64,000 bases of DNA from Octopus vulgaris (Eukaryota), in assembly GCA_951406725.2 (NCBI GenBank), contig OX597836.1, positions 41,230,001-41,294,000 of the forward strand, in the 5' to 3' direction. Positions 26,202 to 40,082 of this stretch are shown here, one piece after another. A program made the translations under genes and the position numbers. Below the pieces are notes generated by a model, which was not told the origin of the DNA, did no database searches, and worked only from the letters and a program-made list of their open reading frames with translations. Position 1 is the first letter of the stretch. The number at the start of each line of letters is the position of its first letter.

Positions 26202-28044
26202 GTTTTATACCAACTCCCCCATGCAATTTCCTCCCACCCGGTGCAACCTGTCGACTCCAGCACATCCCGCTTTCCTATATGTGCGTGTATATGCGTATGT
26301 GTGTGTGTATGTATATGTATGTGCACATATGTGTACGTATATGTACATATATATATATATATATATGTGCGTGTGTGTGTGTGTGTGTGGGTGTGTGTAT
26401 GTGCATATATGTTTCCCTGCATTTTCCTCCTATATATACAAATTTTGTCTCCCATACATGACTTCTTTTCCCTAAATATTTCTTCTCCTACACCCATATC
26501 CTTCCTATATAGTCTCTTTACTTCCCTATATCTATACCCTTTCACATTTCTAACTCGGATGTTGAACGCACACCGCCAAACTCCACTTCCCACCCTTCCA
26601 ATTTTCAGTTCCCCCCGCCCGCCCCTACGTGGACACTTTTAACACACACCTCTAACTTTCAACCACCTTCATCTCATGTTAAATTATATTTTTATCTTAT
26701 TTTATTTTATTTTATTTTTACTCTTATTCTACTTCCATTTATTCTCATTTTCATTTTCATCCCTTACCTTAACTCTTATAATTTTTATAATTTTTATATT
26801 TCATTTCTAACTATTACATTGTATTTCTTATTTTATACTGTATTTCTTACTTTTATTTCTAATTTTTACCCTTACCCTCATTCTTACCCCTAACTTATCG
26901 CTTTACATCTCTATATATGTTTATTTACTTACCTATAGATCCACTTTTGACTATGCGAGCGTCCGTGTACGTATGTATACGCATACATACATAAACGCGC
27001 GCATATATGTACATGCATATTTTGATATCTTATAGCTATACCCATATGTCTCTGTGTGTGTGTGTAGGTGTATATGTGCACGCACATACGTACACACAGC
27101 CGTGTGTGCGTGCACGCATAGACGTGATTCCTTACATACGCTCTTATATACATCCTTTAATATCTTATATCTAGACCTGGAAGCGTGGGCATATGCGTGT
27201 GTGTATGTAGGGATGGGCGCGCGTATGTACATGTGAGTGTGTACACGTATAGTGTCCGTGTATACATGCGGATATTCTGTTGTATGTATGTATGTGTACG
27301 CACGTGCGTGTGGGTGTGTGTGTGTTTATATGCATGTTTACACGCGAGTGCGTGTGTATGCTTATAGGCTTGGAGGCGTATATGTACGCGTGTATATGGG
27401 TGTGTGTATCCATGTTGGTATGTATGTACTAGAAGTCCAAATAATTCAAGGAACCAGATTAAACGCTCAACAGCTCTGATTTACAACGCATTAGGTCCCC
27501 AGACGAAACTGTTGATTTACTGACAATTCTACAACTAAATTTTATCAATCTCCTGACCACCATGCTTGGTCCTTAACCTCTATACATCCCTTATCTTTAT
27601 ATTTTTTTATATTTTGTTACATTTTTATCATGTTTTTTTACTTTTATTTTTATTTCTATTTCTATTTTTACTTTATAACCTTATGCCTTTACATTTATTT
27701 ATATTTCTTTATATTTCTTTATATTCTTTATACCCCCTTTACATCTCCTTATATCTCTTTATATCTTTATGCTCTACATTTTTATATTTTTCTATACTTA
27801 CACTTTTTATACATTTTTTATCCCTCGTCCTGAATTCTCGCCCCTCCATCTTCACGTATATACATGTATTTATTTATTTACATTACTTCAACATCCATTT
27901 TTCCTCATCCTACATTGAGAGAAGAAAGAGATGGACGCTTCAATTCTATGCTGCTGCCGCATTATGTCGTACGCGAATGGGAGGATTTGCATCCCCAACC
28001 AAGAATTTTTGATGTAACACATGTCCTTGTGGAAGCTGTTGTGC

Positions 28045-28122
28045 GCGGCTGAAGAAGGCCACAGACATACATTATGCATTGTTATAAATCTGTCTAATAA
28101 AGGCCCGAAACATATGTACCGC
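28045..28122 (+). ncRNA. Type I hammerhead ribozyme, extended stem II
   Basis: gcgg-CTGAAGA-aggcc...ggccc-GAAA-c-atat-g-TA-ccgc: stem I gcgg/ccgc, canonical core, palindromic stem III. Confidence 0.85.
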
Positions 28123-28313
28123 TGAATCCTTCGCATCATGTTTTTATTTTGATCAATTTACTCCACCACCTACACCACCAAACGGTATACACAGGTGCTT
28201 ATAATTATCAAGTACTCACCCCGAATTTCTATATGTATATATGTATGTATATATATATGTATAAATATATATACATATATGTATACATATATATATGTGT
28301 ATATATGAGTATG

Positions 28314-28360
<47 letters not shown>

Positions 28361-28399
28361 ATGTGCATATACACACACACACATATATATATATATATA

Positions 28400-28760
28400 T
28401 GTTCTTTTATTCTTGTACTTGTTTTTCAGTCATTTGATTGCAGCCATGCTGGAGTGCCGCCCTAGAAGGGTTTTTTAGTCGAAGGAATCGACCCCAGGAC
28501 TTATTCTTTGTATGCCTAGTACTCAAAATTACACAAAATGACGCGAACGCAAACATACCAACATCGGTTGTCAAGTGATGATGGGGAGGAGACAAACACA
28601 GACACAAAGGCACACACATGCATATACGACGGGCTTCTTTCAGTTTCCGTCTACCAAATCCACTCACAAGGCTTTGGTCGGCCCGAGGCTATAGTAGAAG
28701 ACACTTGACCGAGGTGTCACGCAGTGGGAGTGAACCCGGAATCACTCAGTCACGCCTGTG
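28400..28760 (-). mobile_element. Same SINE family, degraded; a plus-strand head follows at 28890-29055
   Basis: Family motifs. Confidence 0.8.
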
Positions 28761-28763
28761 CAT

Positions 28764-28881
28764 ACTTACGGCCATATCATGTTGAGTCAGGTTTGTCCGA
28801 TCAACGAACTTAACCAACGTCGAGCTGAGTTAGTACTTAGATGTGTGACCGCTCGGTAAAACCTAGGTACTGTAAGAATTT
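28764..28881 (+). pseudogene. 5S rRNA pseudogene
   Basis: tacggccatatcatgttga..gtccgatca..ttagtacttagatgtgtgaccgc..ctgtaag is collinear with metazoan 5S, with many substitutions and a deletion. Confidence 0.85.
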
Positions 28882-29213
28882 CACCTGTATAGGCGCAGGT
28901 GTGGCTGTGTGGTAAGGAGTTTGCTTCTCAACCGCATGGTTCCGGGTTCAGTCTCGCTGTGTGACACGTTGGGCAAGTGGCTTTCATCATAGCCTCGGGA
29001 CGACCAAAGACTTATGAGTAAATTTGTTAGAAGGAAACTGAAAAAAGCCGTCGAATATGTGTGTGTATATGTATGTATGCATGTTTCTAAAAAGTCACAT
29101 TCGATCACAGCACCAGTAACAGTTAAGCTTCGTGCAGTGGCCATACTCGATAACGAGGGGGCAGCCATAATATATGTGTATATATATACATACATACATA
29201 CATACATACGTAC

Positions 29214-29770
29214 ATGGTGGCTGCCCCCTCGTTATCGAGTACGGCCATTGCACGAAGCTTAATCAATGTTGTTATCGTGCAATGCCTGTGCAAGAAGATT
29301 TTTTTAAAGTGAGGAAAGGCTGTGCACTGAGTCAATCCCACTCACTAAGCAACAGCAGCCATAATCCGAAAAGAAGAACAAGTCAACATCATCGGTAACC
29401 ACTGAGCCGCAGGTTTTATGTCGGAGTTATCCCAGTTACCTGAGTTACCTTCCCCTAGAAGGATGCCCTAACAAAGGCTAGGAGTCCTTCACTCCCAATG
29501 GTTTAACCGCGCGATCGGGTATTCAGTCCGATTATTTCTATGTCCCCGCGCATGATACAGCCTTAAGACACTTATTGGATGACCGTTGACTCTCAAGAGT
29601 TCCTCCGCCCTTTGACGGGTTTTGTTTTTCATCCCGTAGGGTGTCCAATAAACACCCTCCTCACCAAGCAAGCTTGGTGGGGTTGCCGGTTTAGTCGCCG
29701 ACGACCCGACCATGCAAACATGTTGTACTGGGTTACATGTTACCAGTAGCACTCGAAAGTGACCTGACAT
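29214..29770 (-). mobile_element. Non-autonomous RTE-related element in (TACA)n; further copies at 40543-40999 and 49760-50122
   Basis: Three similar copies; minus-strand motif ttctag(g)agaaggtaactc resembles RTE 5' UTRs; ends in (ATGT)n. Confidence 0.6.
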
Positions 29771-29806
29771 AACATACATACATACATACATACATACATA
29801 CATACA

Positions 29807-29839
<33 letters not shown>

Positions 29840-29875
29840 GCATACATATATGGGAGTGATGAAGTTTTACCTCAG

Positions 29876-30130
29876 TGGTCAAACTTGTTGCCATGCTTGA
29901 TTTGTTTCCTTACAAGATACAGTTATAGGTCAGGTCTGATTCTGATTCGTTAAAAAATTGATGACGTTTTTCTTCCGTGGTCAAACTAGTCGTTCTGCAA
30001 GGTTAACCACCTAACAGGATACAATTATGGGTCAGATCTGATTTTGATTCGCTAAAAAATTGATGACGTTTTTCTTCCGTCGTCAAACTTGTCGTTCTGC
30101 TTGGTTGGTTTCCTAAACAGGATACAGTTG
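29876..30130. repeat. ~102 bp tandem repeat, 2.5 copies
   Basis: ttgatgacgtttttcttccgt at 29958 and 30060. Confidence 0.8.
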
Positions 30131-31385
30131 GGGGTCTATTCCTTATATTCGTTGAGGCTTGGTTTTGATTAGTTTGGAATTCTATGACATCAGTGAACAG
30201 TGCCAGAGACCACGGCCACTACTGCTTTCACAACCACAGCTTAGCTGATATAAACACAACCATCACAAAGTTTACCAAAATTACCCCAACAGACGACGAC
30301 CAAGAATCACTACTGTTGCTCCCATTGGAACACAAGGTAAAAATCTATAATGAACTCCTGCACTACACTTGACAACGCAGTAAGGAACGACTATGGATTT
30401 TTTCTATTATACTCCTTATAATATATTTTTCGCCTTTTCAAGAACATGGATTCTATTGAATGTATATAGCATGGACTCTATTGAATGTGTGTAACAATTA
30501 TGAACTGTTCCATTATACTCTTTATTATAAAAAAATTTTTTTGATAAGGTTCGTTATTTCAAGAACCGAAACATGTAAAATTAAAATTTATCTAATATAG
30601 TGGCATTTTCAAACTTCTTTTTTGCAAATATATACCCACTCGTATACGACCTACTCTCATTATAAATATATATATATATATATACAAAATTAAGGATAAA
30701 ATCATTTTAATGATTTTATCAAGTGGCCAGCGTGTAATAACACCATACCGGTAACAATTTACACAAACATATAATTATATAATATGATTATATTAAAGCA
30801 GCGTTTCTCACCCGAGATTACCCGGAACCCTAGGTTTCGTCTAAAGGTTACTAGGGTTTCAGCGAGAAAGAATGAGATAAGCCAATGCTAATTTCATGAT
30901 CGCAATATAGGAGCACTCCGTCGGTTACGACGATTAGGGTCCCAGCTGATCCGATTAACGGAACAGCTTGCTCGTGGAATTAACGTGCAAGTGGCTGAGC
31001 ACTCCATAGACACGTGTACCCTTAACGTAGTTCTCGGGGATATTCAGCGTGACACAGAGTGTGACAAGGCTGGCCTTTTGAAATACAGGTACAACAGAAA
31101 CAGGAAGAAAGAGTGAGAGAAAGTTGTGGTGAAAGAGTACAGCAGGGTTCACCACCCCCTGCAGGAGCCTCGTGAAGCTTTAGGTATTTTCGCTCAATAA
31201 ACACTCACAATGCCCGGTCTGGGAATCGAAACCGCGATCCTAGGACCACGAGTCCGCTGCCCTAACCACTGGGCCATTGCGCCTCCACGTGGTCGTAATA
31301 TTACTCTACATGCACAACATATTGGTTATTGTAATATCGGCATCAGCCTATCTAACCTATTGTTATCAAAAAACGTAACAACCAT

Positions 31386-31425
<40 letters not shown>

Positions 31426-31865
31426 CGAAGGTTTAAAAATGCAATTTTAAAGATGTTTATTCACTTGACCGGTTTCACTTTTTTATAAAAAGATTGTCAA
31501 GAGTAAAATGTAAAGCTTTGTATAAGCTTTGTTGTGCTAAGTACTGGTTGTCACAAAAGTATTAGAATACATATATATACATTCTTTGATGATAATAAGA
31601 AAATGTTAAAACAGTTTACAAGGAAATATTTGAGAAAATATTAAGCAAAATGTATTAGGTGTTCAATAAAAATCCTGTTTGTTTGGAAGTATCTATATAC
31701 ATACACAGAAAAAGTATTAGGAGTTCAATAAAAATCATGTTTGTTTGGTAGTTTATATATGTACACAGAATGCGATATATTTAGGAGTTTGCAAAGAATT
31801 TGAGATGAACCAACCTGTTTTTTTGGCATTGGTAAAAAAAATATAATTATACATATGCTTTAATA

Positions 31866-31927
<62 letters not shown>

Positions 31928-32198
31928 TACATACATACATACACACACACATATATGTATATATATATATTTTTTTTATATGAGGATAATATCGATATTT
32001 AAGTGTCGAAATTATCAAGTGGCCAGCATGAAAGAAATACCTTACAAAGGTAAAAAAATTTTTAACAATTAAAAATGTGGCGGGCAATTCAAACTGGCTG
32101 TGTCCATACGTGCATATGTATGTATGTGCGTCGCTCGTATATGTTAGTATATCGTTTGCTGTGCATATATGTATCTGTATTTATGTACCCTTGATATA

Positions 32199-32256
32199 TT
32201 CAATTGATGACGGTAAAGCTTATTTAAAGCCGAACCAGAAATCCTTGGATCTTGAA
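32199..32256 (+). ncRNA. Type I hammerhead, U3.G8 variant, in TA-flanked element ~31975-32399
   Basis: ttcaa-TTGATGA-cggt...acca-GAAA-tccttgga-TC-ttgaa. Confidence 0.7.
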
Positions 32257-32395
32257 TTATTCAATAACTTTTGCTTGTATGTTTTGTCCCTCCGCTTTAC
32301 CTCATGGTGCGATATGAACATTTAACGTGGTTTTATAGTCAGAATTTCGACTGCTATTTCGGCATGTTGGTGTCTTTTAGACACCCTCATTTTTA

Positions 32396-32457
<62 letters not shown>

Positions 32458-33076
32458 CAAAGAATCAGTCCTGGGGTCGATTTGTTCGACTAAAGGTGGT
32501 GCTCCAGCATGGCTACAGTTAAATGACTGAAACAAATAAAAGAATATATATATGTGTGTGTGTGTGTATGTATATATATATAATTATTATATATATATAT
32601 ATAATCCAAACAAGAAAGCACAAAAATACACAACAACGCGAGGACGTGGAACAAATATAGTATTATTGGACGCTCAGGAAAGAAGGAATGTATATACATA
32701 TATACACATACATGCATACACACACATACATGAATACATTGTTAGCAAATGCCTAAGTGACAATATGGAAAAGGTAGGGATTTTAGAAAAAACAAAACCC
32801 TGCTAATACGCAAATGCTAAGCGAAACAATAAAAATGTGCAAGACTTTTCTCAAGTTAAAAAATGTGACGTTGATTTTACTATCAATATTCCAACGTCTC
32901 TCCGTCCATTCATCAATCCGTCCGTCCGTCTGCCCATCCATCCGTCTGTCTGTCCGCCTGTCCGTCCATCCATCCATCCATCCATCCATCCATCCATCCA
33001 TCCATCCGAAACTCCGTCCGTCCGTCCGTCCGTCCGTCCATCCACACACACATACACACACACACTTATACACATA

Positions 33077-33461
33077 CTAGCAGTATCGCCCGGCGTTGCT
33101 CAGGTTTGTAAAGGAAATAACTATAAAGCATTTTTAGAGAGTTATAGCCAAAAAATAGCAAAAAAAATGGAAAAAAATGATGGTAAATTTTTTTTGAGAG
33201 TTAATAAAGGTGGAGTTGCGTCCCCTAGACAGTTTGTGGTTTGGGTCTCTGATTCTCGACCCCATGTCGAATTTATCGATTTTTTTCAGAACTGGGGGAA
33301 CTTTTCAAAATTTTCGCTGCGTTAGTTTTGAATTATGACATTGGGCTATGTGTGTGTCAAGTTTTATCAGAATCGGTTGAAAGCCGTGGTCAGGGTGAGG
33401 GTACAAGCAAACAGACACACAGAAACACGCACAGACAAACTGCCGTTTATATAGAGAGAGA
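33077..33461 (-). mobile_element. Non-autonomous Helitron
   Basis: Minus strand 5' TC, 3' GC-rich hairpin then CTAG, inserted between A and T, no TSD. Confidence 0.75.
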
Positions 33462-33730
33462 TGCATGTATGCGACTTCAGCTTCATATACAGTTTCCAAC
33501 ATAAAGAAAAAGGAAAAAAAGAAAAAAAAAAGAAAAAAAAACAGAAAAAAAGACCCTATTTAAAATTCTGTTATATTACATGAGCGATATAATCTACTTT
33601 GAAGTTGCCATCTATCATTATCAGATCCGTTTCTAGACTACTTGACATGGTTCTAACGATGAGGATACTGAAACACAGATTATATATATGTATACATACA
33701 GGCATATATATATATATATATATGTTTCTG

Positions 33731-33878
<148 letters not shown>

Positions 33879-34125
33879 CAGACACATATATATATACATA
33901 CAGACATATATATATATATATATATATGTATGTATATAATACACACACACATACACACATGTAAGTGCGTGTGTGTGTGTGGCTGAGGACACTCATACGT
34001 AGACTATAGGCAAGAGGGCACTCAAACAGAGACACTATAATGGTGAATGGCACTCAACGAGGGACCGTTGGAGAAACTGAATCTACAGAACTCAAATATA
34101 AACCACGACACACACAGACGCGCAT

Positions 34126-34174
<49 letters not shown>

Positions 34175-35026
34175 GATATAAATAGATAGATAGATAGATT
34201 AATAGATACAGAGAGAGAGAGAGAGCGAGACATGGATGGATTTATTGATAGATACATATAGGTACGAGATATACTGACATACACAAACACGTATATGTAT
34301 ATACATACATATCCAAAAAAGGTATTTTTTGTTATTTGTTTCAGCCAATGGGTTGCGCACAAGCTGGAGCAATGCCTCCAAGGGTTTTAGTCGAACGAAT
34401 CACCATCAGTACTTAATTTAAAAAAAAAAAAATTCTGGTACTTATCATTTTATCGAGAACTTTTGCCTTTCATCCTTCGGGGTCGATAAATTAAGTACCA
34501 GTTATACACTTAGTCCCTTTGTCTGTCATCGTGTAGAAAGCAAAGGATAGCACCAGTTTGGAGATAATATGTGGACCGGGAGCTGGCAGAATCGTTAGCA
34601 CGCCGGGCGAAATGCTTGGCAGTATTTCGTCTGTTTTTACGTTTTGAGTTCAAATTCCACCGAGGTCGACTTTACCTTTCATCCTTTCGGGGTCGAAAAT
34701 TTAAATACCAGTTGCGTACTGGGGTCGATATAATCGACTTAATCCATTTGTCTGTCCTTGTTTGTCCCCTCTATGTTTAGCCCCTTGTGGGCAATAAAGA
34801 AATAAGAAACGTTAGCACGCCGGGCGATATGCTTAGCAGTATTTCGTCTGTTTTTACGTTTTGAGTTCAAATTCCACCGAGGCCGACTTTGCCTTTCATC
34901 CTTTCGGGGTCGATAAATTAAATATCGGTTGTGTACTGGGGTGGCTCTAATCGTCTGCCCCGCCCCTCTCGCCAAAAATTTCGGGCCTTGTGCCAAGAGC
35001 AGAGAAGAATATGTGGACCGGGAAAA

Positions 35027-35736
35027 CTGACGGATTAGGGATTTCGCAGACGACTTGGCCATACTATGCTCCAGCAGAGATAAGCTGCAGGCCATGACTA
35101 TCTATGCAGCTTGGTGGTGAAAACAGGGCTGCGGATAAACGCTGGAAAGACCAAGATTATGTTCATTGGTGGAGATCAAGCACACATTTTCGGACAAGAC
35201 GAAATCATGTACGTCGATAACTTTACATATCTTGGAAGCTGTATTTCCGACTAGGATCGTGTAGAAGTTTAAGTCAAGACCAGACCAGGTAAAGCAACGT
35301 CAGTATTTCAACGTCCAGTAGGAAGATAAAGCTGCAGCTTTATTTATGCACTTTTTAATCGTCAGTGCAAGCATAATCAAGACACATAAAAATGAACAAC
35401 AAAGGTGTTTATTATGGTAGTTTTGACTTTAAGAGTCCCTCATAGCGTGAGGCATTTATACTTGTGAAATCTGGACCAAGAGAGCGAAGACTTCTCAATT
35501 GTTGGACGACGCTACCTACGCCGCTCTGTCCTGGGTATCGCTTACCAGATGAGAGTGAGAAACCGAAGAGGTACTGAGAAGAACTGGCATGGAAAATTTG
35601 AAGGACGTGTTGACTAGGCTGCGAATACAGCTTAATGGCTATGAGCTCCATGTATCGCAGATGAGACATTCTACCATCATGATGGGGTGGACGCCGAAAG
35701 GAGGAAAAGCACCGAGAGGAAAACCAAGGAAAACCA
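35027..35736 (+). pseudogene. Decayed RTE-clade LINE RT and C-terminus
   Basis: DFADDLAIL, GLRINAGKTKIM, FTYLGS, WTPKGGK.PRGKPRKT across frameshifts. Confidence 0.78.
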
Positions 35737-35744
35737 AGCTAAGA

Positions 35745-35845
<101 letters not shown>

Positions 35846-35983
35846 ACTATCTATCTATCTATCTATTTATTTATTTATATTAAGGACATCACTATACATA
35901 AATGCCTCACGCTATGAGGGACTCTTAAAGTCAAAACTACCATAATAAACACTTTTTTGTTCATTTTTATGTGTTGATTATGC

Positions 35984-36043
35984 TTGCACTGACGATTAAA
36001 AAGTGAATTTTGTGCACTAATTATGAAATCATATGATCTGCGG
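35984..36043 (+). ncRNA. Type I hammerhead ribozyme
   Basis: ttgca-CTGACGA...GAAA-tc-atat-ga-TC-tgcgg; host segment 35897-36005 has an inverted copy at 35348-35460. Confidence 0.72.
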
Positions 36044-36246
36044 CTAAATCTGTTTTTAAAAGGCTCGCTTCGAGAGTTGCATTCGGTACAATGTGTTCAT
36101 TATGGTAATTTTTGACTTTAATATAAATAAATATATTTAAAGGGAATAATTAATAAAATTTTCCCTTATGAGGTTTTTCCTGCTGACTACTTGATAAATT
36201 CTTATAAAGATTTTATCCTATTTTAAAATTGTACATACACACACAC

Positions 36247-36305
<59 letters not shown>

Positions 36306-36877
36306 GATAGATAGATCGATAGATAGATTGATAAATAGATATCTTTTCCGAATTTGTGTAAATGTGTATAGACTAACATATCAGTTGGTAAAAGTTAAAA
36401 CATGGTCTGGTTTTCACGTTTTTTATTATAGTATTTTTAAAAAATATAATTTTTTTTATAATTTTGAAGTGTTTTGAAAGTATTTTGTAATGTTCATAAA
36501 GTTCAGTTAACGCTTTCATACGTTCGTAGTAATCATCAGATTTCAAAATGTATTTAACTGACAGCTGAGTTCTTGACAACTGTAGTAAAATGACTGACTT
36601 CTTCCTTTTTATACCTCTTAGAAAGCTCCAATAAGCTGTATTTTTCGAATACGGTTTTGATCAATCTGCATGCAGTTTGCCGGGCGCACCGATATTACTT
36701 GCATAGATCCCGACTTTATTTTAGCCAATTAGCTTGCGATTTACATGTAATGGTTTTATGAGTGCGCAAACTTAGTTGGTTTCGATCGTTGTTATTTCAC
36801 TTGGTGAGAGTCTTCTGAAATTTGTTTATATTCATATGCTAAAGATATTTTTTAATCCACCTCATTAACTGGTTACT

Positions 36878-37255
36878 TGCACTTACTTGTACTTGTGGCG
36901 ACATTCACCCTGGGCGTTTTGAGTCGGCTTCTTCCTTGGAAGAAGTTTCGTGGGAATATGTGGATTTCACAAGCGGTCCCCAACAGTTCCGCATGTAGAG
37001 ACATCCTGTTTGCCGCAGATTGTCCGCAGACGCAGGGACAGAACGACCGAGGAGCCTCCGGTTGCCGAAACAGACACTCCGAGGATTTTCACCAGAGCCC
37101 CGTATGCCGGGTTGTGGCCCTAATACCACTCGGTGTCAGATCACTCCGCCTTGGGTGGCCCTACCAGGAACCGAAGTTTCCGACGGCATAGCCCTGACAC
37201 TACCCGTTGCCAGCGTCCTCACCACGGTGAGGAGGGGATGGACTTTAGGGACGCT
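36878..37255 (-). mobile_element. Short bipartite RTE-derived non-autonomous element
   Basis: Minus strand gctatgccg..agggccacccaaggcgga resembles the BovB/RTE 5' UTR; tail caagtacaagtaagt. Confidence 0.55.
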
Positions 37256-37537
37256 ATATAACTGGTTGTTATATCATTGTTGCTATTTTCCTTCAGAACA
37301 GGTCTGAACATTTTAATAAACTGTTTTTCTTTTATCTTTCTTCCAACCTCACTTTGTCATGTACTTTGTGGAAAGAAAAAATTAGAAACATTTTCTGACC
37401 ACATGTTTCTATATGTTCGCTCAATGGAATTTGGCAAACTTCGCCAAATTCCATTGAACTTTATGAAAATTACAAAATATTTTTTTAATGTTTAACACAC
37501 TTCAAGACTAACAATTTTTTTAGAAAAAATACAGTAT

Positions 37538-37950
37538 AGGCGCAGGAGTGGCTGTATGGTAAGTAGCTTGCTAACCAACCACATGGTTCCGGGTTCAGTC
37601 CCACTGCGTGGAACCTTGGGTAAGTGTCTTCTGCTATAGCCCCGGACCGACCAATGACTTGTGAGTGGATTTGGTAGACGGAAACTGAAAAAAGCCTGTC
37701 GTATATATGTATATGTATATGTATGTGTGTGTGTGTTTGTGTGTCTGTGTTTGTCCCACTAGCATTGCTTGACAACCAATGCTGGTGTGTTTACGTCCCC
37801 GTCACTTAGCGGTTCGGCAAAAGAGACCGATAGAATAAGTACTGGGCTTACAAAGAATAAGTCCCGGGGTCTAGTTGCTCGACTAAAGGCGGTGCTCCAG
37901 CATGACCGCAGTCAAATGACTGAAACAAGTAAAAGAGAGTAAAAAGAAAA
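37538..37950 (+). mobile_element. Same SINE family, full length
   Basis: Head and tail motifs. Confidence 0.9.
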
Positions 37951-38203
37951 ATACAGTAATGGTGGAATATTCGTATAAAGACCTCAATAAAATGCGAGAA
38001 TAACAGATTACACATACTGATCTGGGACGAGGTAAAGCTTTTACGCCCAGTGGCGAAAACTAGTTCCTAGGGAGATGTTAACATAATGCTTAAGATACTA
38101 CAAAAAAGCAACCGTAAAATCTATGTTGAACTGACGAAACTTCTGCCGGTTCTTCACCCGGGACATAGGGAAGGCATTATGCAAGATACAGGTTATCAGT
38201 TGT

Positions 38204-38695
38204 AATAAATCTCTGAACGAGGTATAGACAGTAACTGCACGACAATGTGAAGTTTATTTGCCGTCTAAATATGGCTAACCACTAAGGGTGGATATTACTG
38301 TAGCTTGTAGCCCCAGGAGAACATCTCCAGCTGGCTATAGGCATACTTTCTGTGCCCTGTCGGTATTTGCAAAGGGAGGTCATCCTTCCCTCGTCAACCT
38401 AAGTGCTACGCCCGGACTGCAGTTTCTGGGTATTGACCCGTCATCTGCGCACGGCAATGACCGGTTTTCGATGGAAGGCTCCCAGAGCAAATATTTATAT
38501 CCTTTTTTTCCAGTGATTTTTCGTGACTGATCTTGAAAAAGTGTAAACAAGCATTAATAAATCTCTGAACGAGGTATAGACATTAACTGCACAACAATGT
38601 GAAGTATATTTACCACTTAAATGTGGCTGACCACTAAGGGTGGGTGTTACTGTAGCTTGTAGCCCCGGGAGAACATCTCCTCCAGCTGGCTATCA
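38204..38695 (-). mobile_element. Penelope pLTR-like remnant, partial tandem duplication, damaged hammerhead at 38410-38452
   Basis: 38204-38338 repeated at 38555-38693; minus strand CAGATGA-c-gggt caat accc-a-GAAA-c-tgca-g-TC. Confidence 0.6.
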
Positions 38696-39321
38696 GTTGC
38701 TTATGAGAAAATAACACAACGTTAAAAATACTGAGAGAAACAAAAAGATTTATGTTGAATTAACGAAAATTCTGCCGGTCTTCACTTGACTATAGTTTTA
38801 GATTTATGACTGTAATTAACGGAGCACTTGAATACGAAACTGCCTCAGCGCTAATCTTAAAAAGCTGGGCTTCAAACAATCAGAAACAAAATGCTTAATT
38901 AGGAGATTACAGCTGCAAGTTACTAACTGCACTTTGAAACTATGTAAAGCATTTCAGAAGTTTAGCATCGGATAAGTGCATATATCCACGCGTAACACAT
39001 GTAGACATAGAAACGTGTGCACGCCGTTCACATACGCCGTTCATGTAGAGGCGCAATGGCCTAGTGGTTAGGGCAGCGGACTCGCGGTCGCAGGATCGCG
39101 GTTTCGATTCTCAGACCAGGCGTTGTGTGTGTTTATTGAGCGAAAACACCTAAAAGCTCTACGAGGCTCCGGCAGGGGATGGTGGTGATCCCTGCTGTAC
39201 TCTTTCACCACAATGGCGGTGCCCCAGCATGGCCACAGCTCAAGAGCTGAAACTGGAAAAACAAAAACAAAACAAATACATAAATCATAACAGGCTGCAA
39301 TGACATTTGTGCTTGTATACA

Positions 39322-39511
39322 TACTCTTTTACTTGTTTCAGTCATTTGACTGGGGCCATGCTGGAGCACCGCCTTTCTTTAGTCGAGCAAATCGACCCCC
39401 AGGACTTATTTCTTTGTAAGCCTAGTACTTATTCTATCGGTCTCTTTTGCCAAACCGCTAAGTTACGGCGACGTAAACACCAGCATCGGTTGTCAAGCGA
39501 TGTTTGGGGGA

Positions 39512-39558
<47 letters not shown>

Positions 39559-39561
39559 ACA

Positions 39562-39601
<40 letters not shown>

Positions 39602-39884
39602 CAAATACACACACAAACACAAACACACACACACGCAAACACACACATACACACGCGCACACACACACACACACACACACACGCAAACACATACACAGAC
39701 ACACACATACATATATATACGACGGGCTTCTTTTCAGTTTCCGCCTACCGAACCCACTCACAAGGCTTTGGTCGGTTCGAGGCTATAGTAGAAGACACTT
39801 GTCCAAGGTGCCACGCAGTGGGACTGAACCTGGGACCATGTGGTTCGTAAGCAAACTACTTACCACACAGCCACTCCTGCGCCT
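39322..39884 (-). mobile_element. Same SINE family, expanded (CA)n centre
   Basis: Head and tail motifs. Confidence 0.9.
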
Positions 39885-40082
39885 ATGTATACATATGCAC
39901 ACGTATACTTACATTTATGCACGCATGCTTATATGCATACCTATGTACTTGTGTGCATGCATACTAGATTGCCGCGTTATAGTTTTAGAGAAAGATCCTA
40001 TAAGAGAGCCTCGCTTCTGAACTAGAAACTGGCCCTTTCCACATTGGCGAGAAATTCACATAATAAAGCTAGAAAACCAGAC

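Larger units (their letters stand above)
24115..28229 (+). mobile_element. Naiad-type Penelope-like retroelement: ORF, ~2 kb 3' UTR, terminal hammerhead
   Basis: ORF followed by a long low-complexity tail and a hammerhead at 28045-28122; (TA)-type microsatellite on both flanks. Confidence 0.8.

Noticed and set aside
24123-28229. Selenoprotein recoding (UGA plus SECIS), reported for some Naiad elements
   Set aside because: No in-frame TGA in either ORF as seen; the frames end in TAG, and no convincing SECIS was found.
30184-30372. 62 aa ORF as a host exon
   Set aside because: No recognisable domain or supported splice structure.
30798-30870. hAT-like terminal fragments (also 23100-23215 and 56763-56810)
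   Set aside because: Single ends only, with no partner TIR or TSD; too weak to call as elements.
36373-36870. Possible decayed coding sequence
   Set aside because: No motif recognised; cannot be assigned without a search.
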